A DNA stretch of 36,199 bases from Hydrogenothermaceae bacterium (GCA_037478615.1 JBBFMH010000001.1:1-36199), one strand, 5' to 3'; counted from the first letter of the stretch, positions 25,717-35,193 are shown. The notes: generated by a model not told the origin, from the sequence alone. Translations and numbers: made by a program.

Positions 25717-26978
25717 CTTTCTTCCCCTTGAGAAATCTTCGTTATCTGAACCTTTACTATCCTGTTTTTATCCATAAGTAATACTTTAAACATATAACCT
25801 TCATACTCAAACTCCTCACCTTCTCTTGGAAATCTCTTTAAGACATCAAGTATAAAACCTGCAACCGTATCATACTCATAATCTTCCGGAAGCCTTATAC
25901 CTATCTCACTTAAAAACTCTACATCAAGTTTCCCAGAAACTATCCAGTTATCTTCTCCTATTTTACGGAAATCTGGCTCTTCTACCTCATACTCCTCCGG
26001 GATTTCTCCCACAATATACTCAATAATATCATTGTAAGTTATGAGCCCTACCGTTGTTCCGTGTTCATCCACTACTATCGCAAAATGTTTATTCTCTTCG
26101 TTAAACTTTTTTATAGCATCTAATAGGGTTGTAAATTCTGGGAAAAACACAACAGGCTTAACAAACTTTCCTATCTTCTCATCTTTACCTTCAAGTTTCA
26201 AAAACAGAATATCCTTGAGATAAACAATACCTATAATGTTATCTAAATTTTCTTCATAAACGGGAACCCTGCTGTAATCTTTTTCCTTTAAAAGGTCTAT
26301 CAACTCACCTATCGTTATATCTCTCTCTACAGCAAATATATCTCTCCTTGGAACCATTATTTCTACAACAGTAGTTTCCTTCAAGAGAAAAGTATTATCT
26401 ATCAACTTCCTCTCTTCTTCGTTTAACTGTCCCTGGTCAACAGCATTATGTATAATAGATTGAAGATCATCTTTTGTTATCAGATGTTTTTCAGAAACTA
26501 TCTCTATACCAAACTTCTTAAGGAAATACTCGGTAGCCATTAAAAAAATAAATCTAAAAGGTGTTACAGCTACGTAGAAAAGGTAAAATGGTTTAACAAC
26601 CAAGGAAGCATATTTTTCAGGATAGTATGAACCGATAATCTTAGGTGTGATATCTCCTAAACTTAAAAGTAAAAGGGAGCTTATTACGACAGCTAAAACT
26701 ATATACTCTTTACCTAAGTAATTTATAACCGCGGCTGTGATAAAAGATGTAGCTGTGATATTTGCAAGCTCATTTCCTATAAGGAATGTTATCACAAGTT
26801 CCTTAGGATGTGATAAGAAAAATTGAATCAGTTTTGATTTTTTATCATCAAAGTTAGGACTTTTTCTTATCTTTATCTTATCTATTGAGAAAAATGATGC
26901 CTCCACTCCGGCAAAAAAAGCAGCTGTAAGTACAATTACAAAAGTTATAGCAAAATCAAACAAGATTTGCTCAAACAA
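25713..26978 (-). CDS. CNNM/CorC-family (DUF21-CBS pair-CorC_HlyC) membrane protein, paralog 1
   Basis: Same architecture as its downstream neighbour (TVAGFILDVLKRFPREGEEF ... FKVLLMDKNR). The two genes overlap by 4 nt. Confidence 0.85.
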   Translation of the reverse strand: MFEQILFDFAITFVIVLTAAFFAGVEASFFSIDKIKIRKSPNFDDKKSKLIQFFLSHPKELVITFLIGNELANITATSFITAAVINYLGKEYIVLAVVISSLLLLSLGDITPKIIGSYYPEKYASLVVKPFYLFYVAVTPFRFIFLMATEYFLKKFGIEIVSEKHLITKDDLQSIIHNAVDQGQLNEEERKLIDNTFLLKETTVVEIMVPRRDIFAVERDITIGELIDLLKEKDYSRVPVYEENLDNIIGIVYLKDILFLKLEGKDEKIGKFVKPVVFFPEFTTLLDAIKKFNEENKHFAIVVDEHGTTVGLITYNDIIEYIVGEIPEEYEVEEPDFRKIGEDNWIVSGKLDVEFLSEIGIRLPEDYEYDTVAGFILDVLKRFPREGEEFEYEGYMFKVLLMDKNRIVKVQITKISQGEES

Positions 26979-27918
26979 GGTGGCAGTAAACCTCTCCAGA
27001 TTTGGTTTTTTTCATCGGTGGTTTTGTTTTACATACATCAGTTTTTACAGGACATCTGAAATAAAATTCACAACCATCAAAGGTAGAACTACTAAAATCT
27101 TCTTCGGGAATGTCAGGGAAGATTTTTCTGTGTTTTGGATTTTCGGGAGGAAGACTGTCAAGTAGTATTTTTGTATATGGATGCTGTGGATCGTTTATAA
27201 CCGAATCTGTATCTCCGTATTCCATAACTTTACCTTTATACAAAACTATAATCCTATTGGAAAGATTTGCGACCACGTTTATATCGTGGGATATAAATAT
27301 GAATGTTACACCTTTTTCTCTATTTAAATTCTTAATAAGATTTACAATCTGCAACTGAATAGAAACATCTAACGCAGATGTAGGCTCATCTGCAATTATA
27401 AGTTTTGGACTTAATACTATTGACCTTCCTATCGCTACTCTCTGTCTCTGGCCTCCAGATAACTCATGGGGATACCTATCTATGAAACTTTCATCAAGTT
27501 CAACCAAATTCAAAGTTTCCAAAACTTTCTCTTTTATAACATCTTTACTATAACCATTCACTATCAAAGGTTCTGCCAATATGTCGAAGATCTTAAATCT
27601 TGGGTTAAGTGAAGTTCTTGGATCTTGAAAAACTATTGATATCTCTCTTCTCAGGCTTTTTGGAAATTTCTTAGATATATCTTGATTTTCAAATACTATC
27701 TGTCCTGAATCTGGTTTTATAAGTCCTAAGATAAGTCTACCTATGGTAGATTTTCCACTTCCGGACTCTCCGACTAACCCAACAACCTCTCCTCTGTAAA
27801 TATCAAAGGAAACGTCAGAAACTGCATAAAAAAACTCTTTTTTAAAAAAACTCTTCTTTATGGGATACTTTTTAGTTAAATTCCTAATTCTCAGTAAAGG
27901 ACTACTACCACTATCCAT
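26971..27918 (-). CDS. ABC transporter ATP-binding protein, OppF/DppF type
   Basis: Walker A GESGSGKST, signature LSGGQRQR, Walker B LIIADEPTSALD. The oligopeptide-type C-terminal domain carries a Cys cluster (CEFYFRCP ... C ... C). Confidence 0.88.
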   Translation of the reverse strand: MDSGSSPLLRIRNLTKKYPIKKSFFKKEFFYAVSDVSFDIYRGEVVGLVGESGSGKSTIGRLILGLIKPDSGQIVFENQDISKKFPKSLRREISIVFQDPRTSLNPRFKIFDILAEPLIVNGYSKDVIKEKVLETLNLVELDESFIDRYPHELSGGQRQRVAIGRSIVLSPKLIIADEPTSALDVSIQLQIVNLIKNLNREKGVTFIFISHDINVVANLSNRIIVLYKGKVMEYGDTDSVINDPQHPYTKILLDSLPPENPKHRKIFPDIPEEDFSSSTFDGCEFYFRCPVKTDVCKTKPPMKKTKSGEVYCHLV

Positions 27919-28063
27919 TTTCTCTGTTAAGCTACTTTCTCCTTCATTGTTTGATATATTCTATCATATCAACCATTTAAATCTTCTATGATTTGCTTTA
28001 CAATTTTTAAAAACTTTGTAACTCTTTTTTATCCTTTGCAGTTTATAATAATTTTATCACTCA

Positions 28064-28091
28064 TTGAACTAAAATACAAAAATGATATAAT
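28064..28091 (+). promoter_or_regulatory. sigma70-type promoter of the moeB-tusA-dsrEFH-pdxA operon
   Basis: TTGAAC (28064-28069), a counted 16-nt spacer, then TATAAT (28086-28091). It lies about 30 nt upstream of ATG 28122. Confidence 0.45.
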
Positions 28092-28121
28092 TATATTTTA
28101 ACTAAAATTTTGAGGTGTGCA

Positions 28122-28940
28122 ATGGCTTTTGACTTTACAGAAGAGCAGATAAAGAGATACAGTAGACATATAATACTTCCGGAAGTAGGTGGCGTAGGTC
28201 AGAAGAAATTACTCAATGCAAAAGTTTTAGTTATTGGAGCCGGAGGATTGGGCTCTCCTTCTATATACTATTTAGCAGCAGCAGGTGTTGGAACAATAGG
28301 TATAGTTGATTTTGACGTTGTTGATTTTTCAAACTTACAGAGACAGATACTTCATAACACTTCAAGGGTAGGAATTCCAAAGGTTGAATCTGCAAAAATG
28401 ACTGTTGAAGCACTTAACCCAGATGTTAAAGTTATAACGTACAATGAGAAAATTCAGAAAAGTAATATTTTGGATATAATTAAAGATTACGATATAGTCC
28501 TTGATGGATCAGATAACTTTCCTACAAGATTTCTGGTAAACGATGCATGTTATTTTCTCGGTAAGCCACTTGTATCTGCTGCTATACTTAGATTTGAAGG
28601 TCAGCTTACAGTATTTGATTACAGGAATAAAGAATCATCTCCTTGTTATAGATGTCTATTTCCGGAGCCACCACCTCCCGGTATGGTTCCAAGTTGCCAA
28701 GAAGCAGGGTTACTTGGTGTAGTTGGGGGGATAATGGGAACCCTCCAAGCTAACGAAGCTTTAAAGTTAATTCTCGATATAGGGGAGCCGTTGGTAGGAA
28801 AACTACTTGTATTTGATGCTCTTTATACAGAGTTTAGAACGGTAAAACTCAGAAAGGACAAAAAGTGTAATCTATGTGGAGGAGAGCCTAAGATACACGA
28901 TTTAATAGAGTATGAGCAAGCTTGTGAAGTTCATTTTTAG
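28122..28940 (+). CDS. moeB: HesA/MoeB/ThiF-family E1-like adenylyltransferase (no rhodanese domain)
   Basis: RYSRHIILPEVG, the nucleotide loop GAGGLGSP, the Zn knuckles CYRC and CNLCG, and the conserved Cys in SCQEAGLLG. The ORF track starts at TTG 28110; ATG 28122 follows GAGGTG. Confidence 0.85.
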   Translation: MAFDFTEEQIKRYSRHIILPEVGGVGQKKLLNAKVLVIGAGGLGSPSIYYLAAAGVGTIGIVDFDVVDFSNLQRQILHNTSRVGIPKVESAKMTVEALNPDVKVITYNEKIQKSNILDIIKDYDIVLDGSDNFPTRFLVNDACYFLGKPLVSAAILRFEGQLTVFDYRNKESSPCYRCLFPEPPPPGMVPSCQEAGLLGVVGGIMGTLQANEALKLILDIGEPLVGKLLVFDALYTEFRTVKLRKDKKCNLCGGEPKIHDLIEYEQACEVHF

Positions 28941-28949
28941 AGGTGAATA

Positions 28950-29183
28950 ATGGATATAAACAGAGAGCTTGATTTAAAAGGTGAGGTTTGTCCTTTCACA
29001 TTTGTTAAAAGTAAATTAATTATGGAACAGATGGATGTGGGAGAAGTTTTGAGGGTTATCCTTGACTACAAACCTTCTGTAGAAAATGTCCCTAAAAGTT
29101 TCCAGATGGAAGGACAGGAAGTTTTGGCTATTAATCAGATAGGTGATAATCTCTGGGAAGTTTTGGTGAGAAAGGTAAGATGA
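28950..29183 (+). CDS. tusA: TusA-family sulfurtransferase
   Basis: 77 aa with LDLKGEVCPFTFVKSK, matching the D-x-x-G-x-x-CP-x-P/T ... K active-site motif. GAGGTG is the RBS. Confidence 0.8.
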   Translation: MDINRELDLKGEVCPFTFVKSKLIMEQMDVGEVLRVILDYKPSVENVPKSFQMEGQEVLAINQIGDNLWEVLVRKVR

Positions 29184-29482
29184 AACTACTTATAATTATG
29201 GCAAGTAATCCATACTCGGCTGACTATAACACTCTTGTAAAGTTATCGGAAGCATCCTTAGAGAGAGGAGATAAACTGTCAATATTCTTTATGGCAAACG
29301 GGGAGTACTGTCTATTACAACCTGAGATTAAGAAACTCCACGAAAAAGGTGCTTCCATCTATTACTGTGCCCACAATGCTCATCAGAGAAATGTACAGCC
29401 GGAAAGTTTTGCAGAAAGTAGTAGCATGTATGGACTTTCAAAGCTTATAGCTCAGGCTGATAAAGTGATAGCACTTACATAG
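29180..29482 (+). CDS. DsrE/TusD-like sulfur relay protein (short form)
   Basis: N-terminus MKLLIIMASNPYS and FFMANGEY. A conserved Cys sits in YYCAHNAHQRN, compared with the I-C-x-x-x-A-x-x-R-G context of DsrE/TusD as I recall it. ATGA overlap with tusA. Confidence 0.7.
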   Translation: MKLLIIMASNPYSADYNTLVKLSEASLERGDKLSIFFMANGEYCLLQPEIKKLHEKGASIYYCAHNAHQRNVQPESFAESSSMYGLSKLIAQADKVIALT

Positions 29483-29489
29483 GTGGATT

Positions 29490-29840
29490 ATGAGTAAGAA
29501 AAAAGTTGTTGTTATTGTAAAATCAAATCCATTCGGTTGGAAAACGTTTGAAGCTCTCAGACAGGCCGTCGGGATGGCTATGGATCACGATGTTACAGTT
29601 GTATTTCTAAAAGATGGAGTATATACTCTAACAGATTGGAAGCCTCAAATCATAGGTGTCCCTATGTCTGATAAATCCATAGAGGCTTTAAGTATGCTCG
29701 GTGGAAAGATATACGCAGAGAAAGAATCTATAAGTGAAAGGGGACTTGTAAAATCTATAAAATACAATGAGGTCCAGCAGAAATCAAAAGATGAGATATG
29801 TAATCTCATCAAAGAGGCAGAGGTAGTTATTACATGGTAA
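29490..29840 (+). CDS. DsrF/TusC-like sulfur relay protein
   Basis: VVVIVKSNPFG ... EALRQAVGMAMDHDVTVVFLKDGVYTL is colinear with TusC/DsrF. 116 aa. Confidence 0.7.
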   Translation: MSKKKVVVIVKSNPFGWKTFEALRQAVGMAMDHDVTVVFLKDGVYTLTDWKPQIIGVPMSDKSIEALSMLGGKIYAEKESISERGLVKSIKYNEVQQKSKDEICNLIKEAEVVITW

Positions 29841-30076
29841 ATACTGTTTATCTCATAAAAAAACCAGCAGATTTTCCTTTCTCAGAGATAATAGAAGAAG
29901 ATGACGTATTGATACTTATACAGGATGCGGTGATAAGACAGCCGGCAACAGAAAATTGGTATGCATGTAAAGAAGATGCTGTTGCAAGAGGTATAAGGAT
30001 ACATGAAAATAGACTGATAGACTACGGAGAAATTCTCAATCTGATAGACAAAGCAAATAAAGTAGTTGTATGGTAA
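29834..30076 (+). CDS. DsrH/TusB-like sulfur relay protein
   Basis: LILIQDAV, YACKEDAVARGI, and IDY ... VVVW at the C-terminus all parallel TusB/DsrH. 80 aa. Confidence 0.7.
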   Translation: MVNTVYLIKKPADFPFSEIIEEDDVLILIQDAVIRQPATENWYACKEDAVARGIRIHENRLIDYGEILNLIDKANKVVVW

Positions 30077-31026
30077 AAAAAGTAGGTATATCTTTTGGAG
30101 ACCCAACAGGAATATCCGGGGAAATTCTGGTAAAAGGATATAAAAACTTTCCCAAAAAAGTAGCTTACATAATATACGGTAATAAAAAAGTAATAGAGAA
30201 AGCAAAGATACTTACAGGTTCTGACTTTAAATACAATCTTATAGACAGTTCAGAAGAGGTTAAAAAATCCGGATTTTACCTTTTAAATGTTGATGATTAT
30301 GATTTTGAGTTCGGTAAACCGTCTGTTTTATCAGGAAAAACATCTGTAAATTACCTTAAAAAAGCCGTAGATGATGTATTAAAGAAAAAAACAGAGGCAT
30401 TGGTAACACTTCCAATATCAAAAAGGTGGATTATGGAATCCGGATTTAGGTATGCCGGACATACAGACTACTTAGCAGAAGTATCAAAATCAAAAGAGTA
30501 TATGATGGTTTTAATGTGTCCCAGATTAATAGTGGGGCTGATAACTACCCATATACCGTTGAGAGATGTTCCTTCAAGGATAAAAAAGGAATCTATAATC
30601 TCAAAGGCTAAACTGTTTAATGAGTTTTTAAAATCATATCTCAAAAAAGATAATCCCAAAATAGCAATTCTCGGGTTAAATCCCCACGCTTCGGACAGTG
30701 GAAATATAGGAGATGAGGAAGAGAAAATCATTATTCCAGCCGTTGAATATTTGAAAAACTACGGAGTTAATATTACAGACCCGTTGTCTCCAGACACCGC
30801 TTTTGTAAATTATAAAAATTATGATGGTTATATAGCAATGTATCATGATCAAGGACTTATACCTTTAAAGATGGTATGTTTTAGAAAAGCGGTAAATATA
30901 ACTTTAGGATTAAATTTTGTGAGAACTTCCGTTGATCACGGTACAGGTTATGATATAGCTGGTAAAAATATAGCAGACCCTTCATCCTTGATAGAAGCTG
31001 TAAAAGTGGCCGTTAAATTATTGTAG
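30070..31026 (+). CDS. pdxA: 4-hydroxythreonine-4-phosphate dehydrogenase
   Basis: FGDPTGISGEI, GHTDYLAE, LNPHASD, YHDQGLIPLK and VDHGTGYDIAGK. Confidence 0.92.
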   Translation: MVKKVGISFGDPTGISGEILVKGYKNFPKKVAYIIYGNKKVIEKAKILTGSDFKYNLIDSSEEVKKSGFYLLNVDDYDFEFGKPSVLSGKTSVNYLKKAVDDVLKKKTEALVTLPISKRWIMESGFRYAGHTDYLAEVSKSKEYMMVLMCPRLIVGLITTHIPLRDVPSRIKKESIISKAKLFNEFLKSYLKKDNPKIAILGLNPHASDSGNIGDEEEKIIIPAVEYLKNYGVNITDPLSPDTAFVNYKNYDGYIAMYHDQGLIPLKMVCFRKAVNITLGLNFVRTSVDHGTGYDIAGKNIADPSSLIEAVKVAVKLL

Positions 31027-31596
31027 ATTTTTCATAAAAAATTTCTCAAAAAACTCCTTAGCTTTTTTATCAAAAAGGTCTTGTCTCTCCTTCCCTTTAG
31101 GTAGAGATTTTCTAAGATCCTCCATTTCATTTAAAAACTGTTCAACTTCTCCAGGAATCTCCTGTTCAAAGTATATTCTAAGATACTTTGCTAAAGCCGG
31201 AGAACTTCCTAATGTTGAAAATGCAACTATAAGGTTGCCCTTTTTGACAACAGAAGGAAATATGAAGTCCGATTCTCCGATAACATCAACGGTGTTACAT
31301 AGTTTATTTTCTCCTTTTGCATCATTATAAATTACCTTCTGTAAGTTTGTGTCAGAAACTGCTATTATAATAATGTCATAGTTTTTTATGATATCCGAAG
31401 TATAAGGACTGTTTATATAATTTAGAGAGTTATTCTTTATGATACTTTCTAACTCTTCTGTTATTTCTGGAGAAACCACAGTGATATTATAGCTAAATTT
31501 GAGAATTCTCTTTATCTTCTCTGTAGCAACCTTCCCTCCTCCCACTATTAAAAATTTTTTATCTTTCACTTCCAAAAATATAGGCATATAACTCAT
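31018..31596 (-). CDS. sirC: precorrin-2 dehydrogenase/sirohydrochlorin ferrochelatase (siroheme synthase N-terminal-domain type)
   Basis: Rossmann loop FLIVGGGKVATEKI, ~190 aa, and a nitrite-reductase context. The ORF track starts at TTG 31632; ATG 31596 (MSYMPIFL) follows GAGGT by 7 nt. Confidence 0.75.
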   Translation of the reverse strand: MSYMPIFLEVKDKKFLIVGGGKVATEKIKRILKFSYNITVVSPEITEELESIIKNNSLNYINSPYTSDIIKNYDIIIIAVSDTNLQKVIYNDAKGENKLCNTVDVIGESDFIFPSVVKKGNLIVAFSTLGSSPALAKYLRIYFEQEIPGEVEQFLNEMEDLRKSLPKGKERQDLFDKKAKEFFEKFFMKNLQ

Positions 31597-31672
31597 AAAA
31601 ATTACCTCTAAATTTTTACCACAACTATACAAAATATTATAAAATAAACTACCTTCTATAAGATGGGGCAGT

Positions 31673-33745
31673 TCACGAGTGGACTACATGGCTTTTATCT
31701 CCGAAAGAATTGATGAATTTACTTTTTACTTTCACTATTTTTATACTGCTAAATTTTAAATCCGGTTCTTTTGAAATTGGATCGACATCATCAGAAGTTA
31801 AAATATTTACGGGGAAGTGATACATCAATCCATATCCAAAAGGAGCAAAAGCTACTCCTTTTTTAGCATTTCCAAACTTTACTTTTATTCTGATTAATCC
31901 TCTTGGTGATTGAATAGTAATATATTCTCCTTCTACAACATGATATAAAGCAGCATCTTCAGGATTTAATATTAAAAGTGGTTCTTCTTCACCTTTTACA
32001 AGTTCTAAAGATTTTCCAGTTCTGGTCATTGTATGCCATTGTTTTTTTGTTCTTCCTGTAATAAGGATTAAGTTAGATGATAAACTGTCTTTAGGTGCTT
32101 CAAAAACTGCCGGAGTAAATTTTGCTTTTCCATTATCTGTTTTAAACTGTTTATCATGATAGAGCCATCTCTCACCCCATCTTTTTGGTAAATCTTCATA
32201 GCTAAAATCAGATATATCACATATCCTTCCTTTTGTTGTAAATTTATATTCATCAAATATATCTCTGCTATTTTTATAAGAAAATTGATGTTCAAATCCC
32301 AATTTTTTGGCAACTTCACAAAAGATATGCCAGTCATGTTTACATTGTAATGGAGGTTCTTTAAACGGTTTACAGTAAGTAACCATTCTATCAGATCCTG
32401 TCATTACCCCCTCTTTTTCTCCCCATTGTGTAGCAGGTAATACCAAATTTGCGAAATCCATTGTATCGTTTAAATATGCATCTTGGACTACTACGAAAGT
32501 TTTTTCAATAGCTTCCCAAAATTTTATTAAATTCGGCATGGTTACAGCTGGATTAGTGCACACAATCCAAAGGAATTTTATCTCACCATTTCTCATTTTA
32601 TTTACAGCTTCTGTAATAGTTGGACCTGGTTTTGATTTTATAGTCCCTTTTTCTATATTCCAAAATTCCTCAATAAACTCTCTATCTTCTTCATTTCTAA
32701 CATCTCTGTATCCCGGCAGCCCATTAGTAAGATATCCGACTTCTCTCCCTCCCATAGCGTTAGGTTGTCCTGTTAAAGAAAATGGACATCCTTTTTCATT
32801 TATTCTTCCTGTTGCAAGATGAAGATTTATAAGAGAAAGATTTTTCATTGTCCCATTTACAGATTGATTTAATCCCATAGCCCAAAAAGATATAATTTTT
32901 TTACTCTCTTTAAATATCTCTGCTAATCTGTAAATATATTGTTCTTCTATCTCGCATATTTTTGATGCTATCTCTGGAGGATAATTTTTAGCTTTTTCAA
33001 CAGTTTGAGAAAAATTGTCTGTAAATTCTGACACAAACTCATAATCTATCCAGTTATTTTTATATAAAACATATAAAACACTGTTAAAAAATACAGTATC
33101 TGTTCCCGGTTTAATAGGTATCCATATATCAGATTTATCCGCTGTCTCCGTTTTAACTGGATCTATCGTTATTATTACTGTTTGAGGGTAATCTTTTTTT
33201 CTCTTTAATACTTTTTTAAATATTACAGGATGTGTCCATGCTGCATTAGAACCTGCAAAGATAAAAGTATCTGCATCGTTAATGTCTTCATAACTACATG
33301 GTGGACCATCAGAACCAAAAGCCATCTTGTAAGCCATAACAGCTGAAGCCATACATAATCTTGAATTAGCATCAATATTGTTTGTTTTTATAAAACCTTT
33401 AACAAACTTATTTATCACATAGATATCTTCTGTAAATAGTTGTCCGGATATATAGAAATAATTCTCATCCGGAAGATTTTTTCTCAGTTTATCTGAAATT
33501 ATATTAATAGCTTCTTCCCAACTAATATATCTAAACTCCTCTCTTTTATCTTCTCTATATAAAGGATAGGGAACCCTTCCTATATCTAAAACTTTTGGAA
33601 GAAGAACAGGCTTTAAACATAAATCCCCTTTTGTTGCAGAATGGTCCCTATCTCCTCTTACTTTAAATTTACCTTCATTGACCTCTTCTATTTCCAATCC
33701 ACAACCAACGCCACAGTAAGGACATTGAGTTTTCACTATCTTCAT
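31673..33745 (-). CDS. narB: assimilatory nitrate reductase catalytic subunit (Mo-bisPGD oxidoreductase)
   Basis: N-terminal [4Fe-4S] motif CPYCGVGCG ... C. There is no twin-arginine signal peptide. 690 aa, in an operon with narK and nirA homologues. Confidence 0.82.
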   Translation of the reverse strand: MKIVKTQCPYCGVGCGLEIEEVNEGKFKVRGDRDHSATKGDLCLKPVLLPKVLDIGRVPYPLYREDKREEFRYISWEEAINIISDKLRKNLPDENYFYISGQLFTEDIYVINKFVKGFIKTNNIDANSRLCMASAVMAYKMAFGSDGPPCSYEDINDADTFIFAGSNAAWTHPVIFKKVLKRKKDYPQTVIITIDPVKTETADKSDIWIPIKPGTDTVFFNSVLYVLYKNNWIDYEFVSEFTDNFSQTVEKAKNYPPEIASKICEIEEQYIYRLAEIFKESKKIISFWAMGLNQSVNGTMKNLSLINLHLATGRINEKGCPFSLTGQPNAMGGREVGYLTNGLPGYRDVRNEEDREFIEEFWNIEKGTIKSKPGPTITEAVNKMRNGEIKFLWIVCTNPAVTMPNLIKFWEAIEKTFVVVQDAYLNDTMDFANLVLPATQWGEKEGVMTGSDRMVTYCKPFKEPPLQCKHDWHIFCEVAKKLGFEHQFSYKNSRDIFDEYKFTTKGRICDISDFSYEDLPKRWGERWLYHDKQFKTDNGKAKFTPAVFEAPKDSLSSNLILITGRTKKQWHTMTRTGKSLELVKGEEEPLLILNPEDAALYHVVEGEYITIQSPRGLIRIKVKFGNAKKGVAFAPFGYGLMYHFPVNILTSDDVDPISKEPDLKFSSIKIVKVKSKFINSFGDKSHVVHS

Positions 33746-33756
33746 GATAAAACCCT

Positions 33757-35193
33757 CTAATTACTTTCTCCAATTACTCTGTTGTCATTTCTATCTGCTG
33801 TAGCCCACTGACTCCACTCTTCTTTAAGTAAAAGGAGGCCAGCTAAGGTTATCATTGCAATCACTCCAAATATCAAATAAGCCATATCAAAAGAGCCTGT
33901 TGCTTCTTTTATAAGTCCAAAAGTTTGATTAAGAATAAAGCCTCCAAATCCTCCGGCAGCACCAATTATGCCGGTTGTTATACCAGTAGCAGCAGGCCAT
34001 CTAAGAGGAACTAACTGAAAAGTGGCTCCATTTCCAAATCCATAAGAGGCAAATAATCCAAACAAGAGAGCTATACCTAAAGCTGTAGGTAAATGCGGAG
34101 CAGCAAAAGCTAAAGCAAAGTTAAATAGAGATATAGCCAATAAAACTCCTACTAAAACTCTAACTCCACTTATATGGTCAGCAACAAATCCTCCTATAGG
34201 TCTTACTAATGCTCCAGTTAAAGCAAGTAAAGACATTATTATTCCTGCTGTAACCGGAGAAAATTTATATGTAGATTCCAATACAAAAGCCACTCCACTA
34301 GACATACCAACAAAGCCACCAAAGGTTATAGAATAGATTAATATAAACTTCCACATATCTCTTTCTTTTAAGACTGATCTATAAACAGGAGGAAGTATCA
34401 TCAAAGCGAAACCACCAATTATAATAGGTAAAAACAACAATATTGTCTTTAATCCTATAGAAGACACATTACCTTGAGCTATTAGCCAGTTAACTAACAG
34501 ATATATTCCAAATATCACAGATATACCAAAAACAAAAGTTGATATAAAAGTAATAACCGCATGTTTCTTTAACTCTAGTTTTTTGGGAGTTCTATCCTCA
34601 GCCCAAGCTAAAACTGCAATTAAAGCTAAGAGTAAAAGAGCAATAGCTACTAAAGATGCTAATTTCCAACCAAACATCTTAGCTAACGGTGGAAAAAGAA
34701 AACCATCTAAAACAGCACCAACATTTCCAGTTGCTGCAATACCAAGAATTATCCCTTGATACTTCTTAGGATACGTTGATCCAGCTACAGGTAGAGCTAC
34801 AGCAAAACTTGCTCCTCCCATTCCCAAAAATGCACCAAGTATAATAATCTCTTCTAAGGTCGGTGTACCAGGTTTTAGGTTGAGATAAATGGGAGGTATC
34901 ATAGAAAGTAAGATACCCATAGTAGCAATTACTTTACCATTTATAGCCTGCAACATATACCCAAAAGGAATACGAAGGGCAGCAGCCATTACAAGAGGTA
35001 CTCCTGCCATAAAAAACTGATAAGCAGGTTTTAATCCTAATTCTTTAGAGATAAACAACCCTAAAGCCGGTCCAAACAAAAGCCAAACAGTAAAACCAGT
35101 ATCAAAGTAGAGAAACATAGAGAGCACACTCTTCCAATTTCCGCTCTTTAGAGCTTTAATTACTGAAATTTTTGGTTGATTTGATGTTCCCAT
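33757..35193 (-). CDS. narK: MFS nitrate/nitrite transporter (NarK/NasA type)
   Basis: 478 aa with about 12 TM helices and Gly-rich helices (GAAGGFGGF). It lies between nirA and narB. Confidence 0.8.
   Translation of the reverse strand: MGTSNQPKISVIKALKSGNWKSVLSMFLYFDTGFTVWLLFGPALGLFISKELGLKPAYQFFMAGVPLVMAAALRIPFGYMLQAINGKVIATMGILLSMIPPIYLNLKPGTPTLEEIIILGAFLGMGGASFAVALPVAGSTYPKKYQGIILGIAATGNVGAVLDGFLFPPLAKMFGWKLASLVAIALLLLALIAVLAWAEDRTPKKLELKKHAVITFISTFVFGISVIFGIYLLVNWLIAQGNVSSIGLKTILLFLPIIIGGFALMILPPVYRSVLKERDMWKFILIYSITFGGFVGMSSGVAFVLESTYKFSPVTAGIIMSLLALTGALVRPIGGFVADHISGVRVLVGVLLAISLFNFALAFAAPHLPTALGIALLFGLFASYGFGNGATFQLVPLRWPAATGITTGIIGAAGGFGGFILNQTFGLIKEATGSFDMAYLIFGVIAMITLAGLLLLKEEWSQWATADRNDNRVIGESN

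Noticed and set aside
27927-27947. Six-codon mini-ORF (MKEKVA-stop, minus strand) carrying the only good SD-like GGAG upstream of the ABC ATPase gene.
   Set aside because: It is too short to evaluate. It could be a leader peptide, but chance occurrence cannot be excluded without conservation or ribosome-profiling data.
27919-28121. Looked for a Moco riboswitch or other structured leader upstream of moeB. Also noted a 7-bp inverted repeat, TTGATAT-N8-ATATCAA (27951-27972).
   Set aside because: The predicted promoter leaves only a ~30-nt leader, and the region has none of the GC-rich conserved Moco-motif helices. A 7-bp AT repeat is too short to distinguish from chance in this composition.
29882-30205. 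107-aa minus-strand ORF across dsrH/pdxA. Comparable antisense ORFs occur at 2202-2441, 2659-2946, 22658-23008, 25025-25297 and 32538-32822.
   Set aside because: They are embedded opposite motif-bearing genes. They are hydrophobic and low in complexity, and have no start-site signals.
31673-33745. Alternative identities for the Mo-bisPGD enzyme: periplasmic NapA, respiratory NarG, or formate dehydrogenase with selenocysteine.
   Set aside because: There is no twin-arginine signal peptide; the protein starts MKIVKTQCPYCG. There is no in-frame TGA. The size is ~690 aa. The immediate nirA/narK/siroheme context fits the assimilatory NarB/NasA type best.
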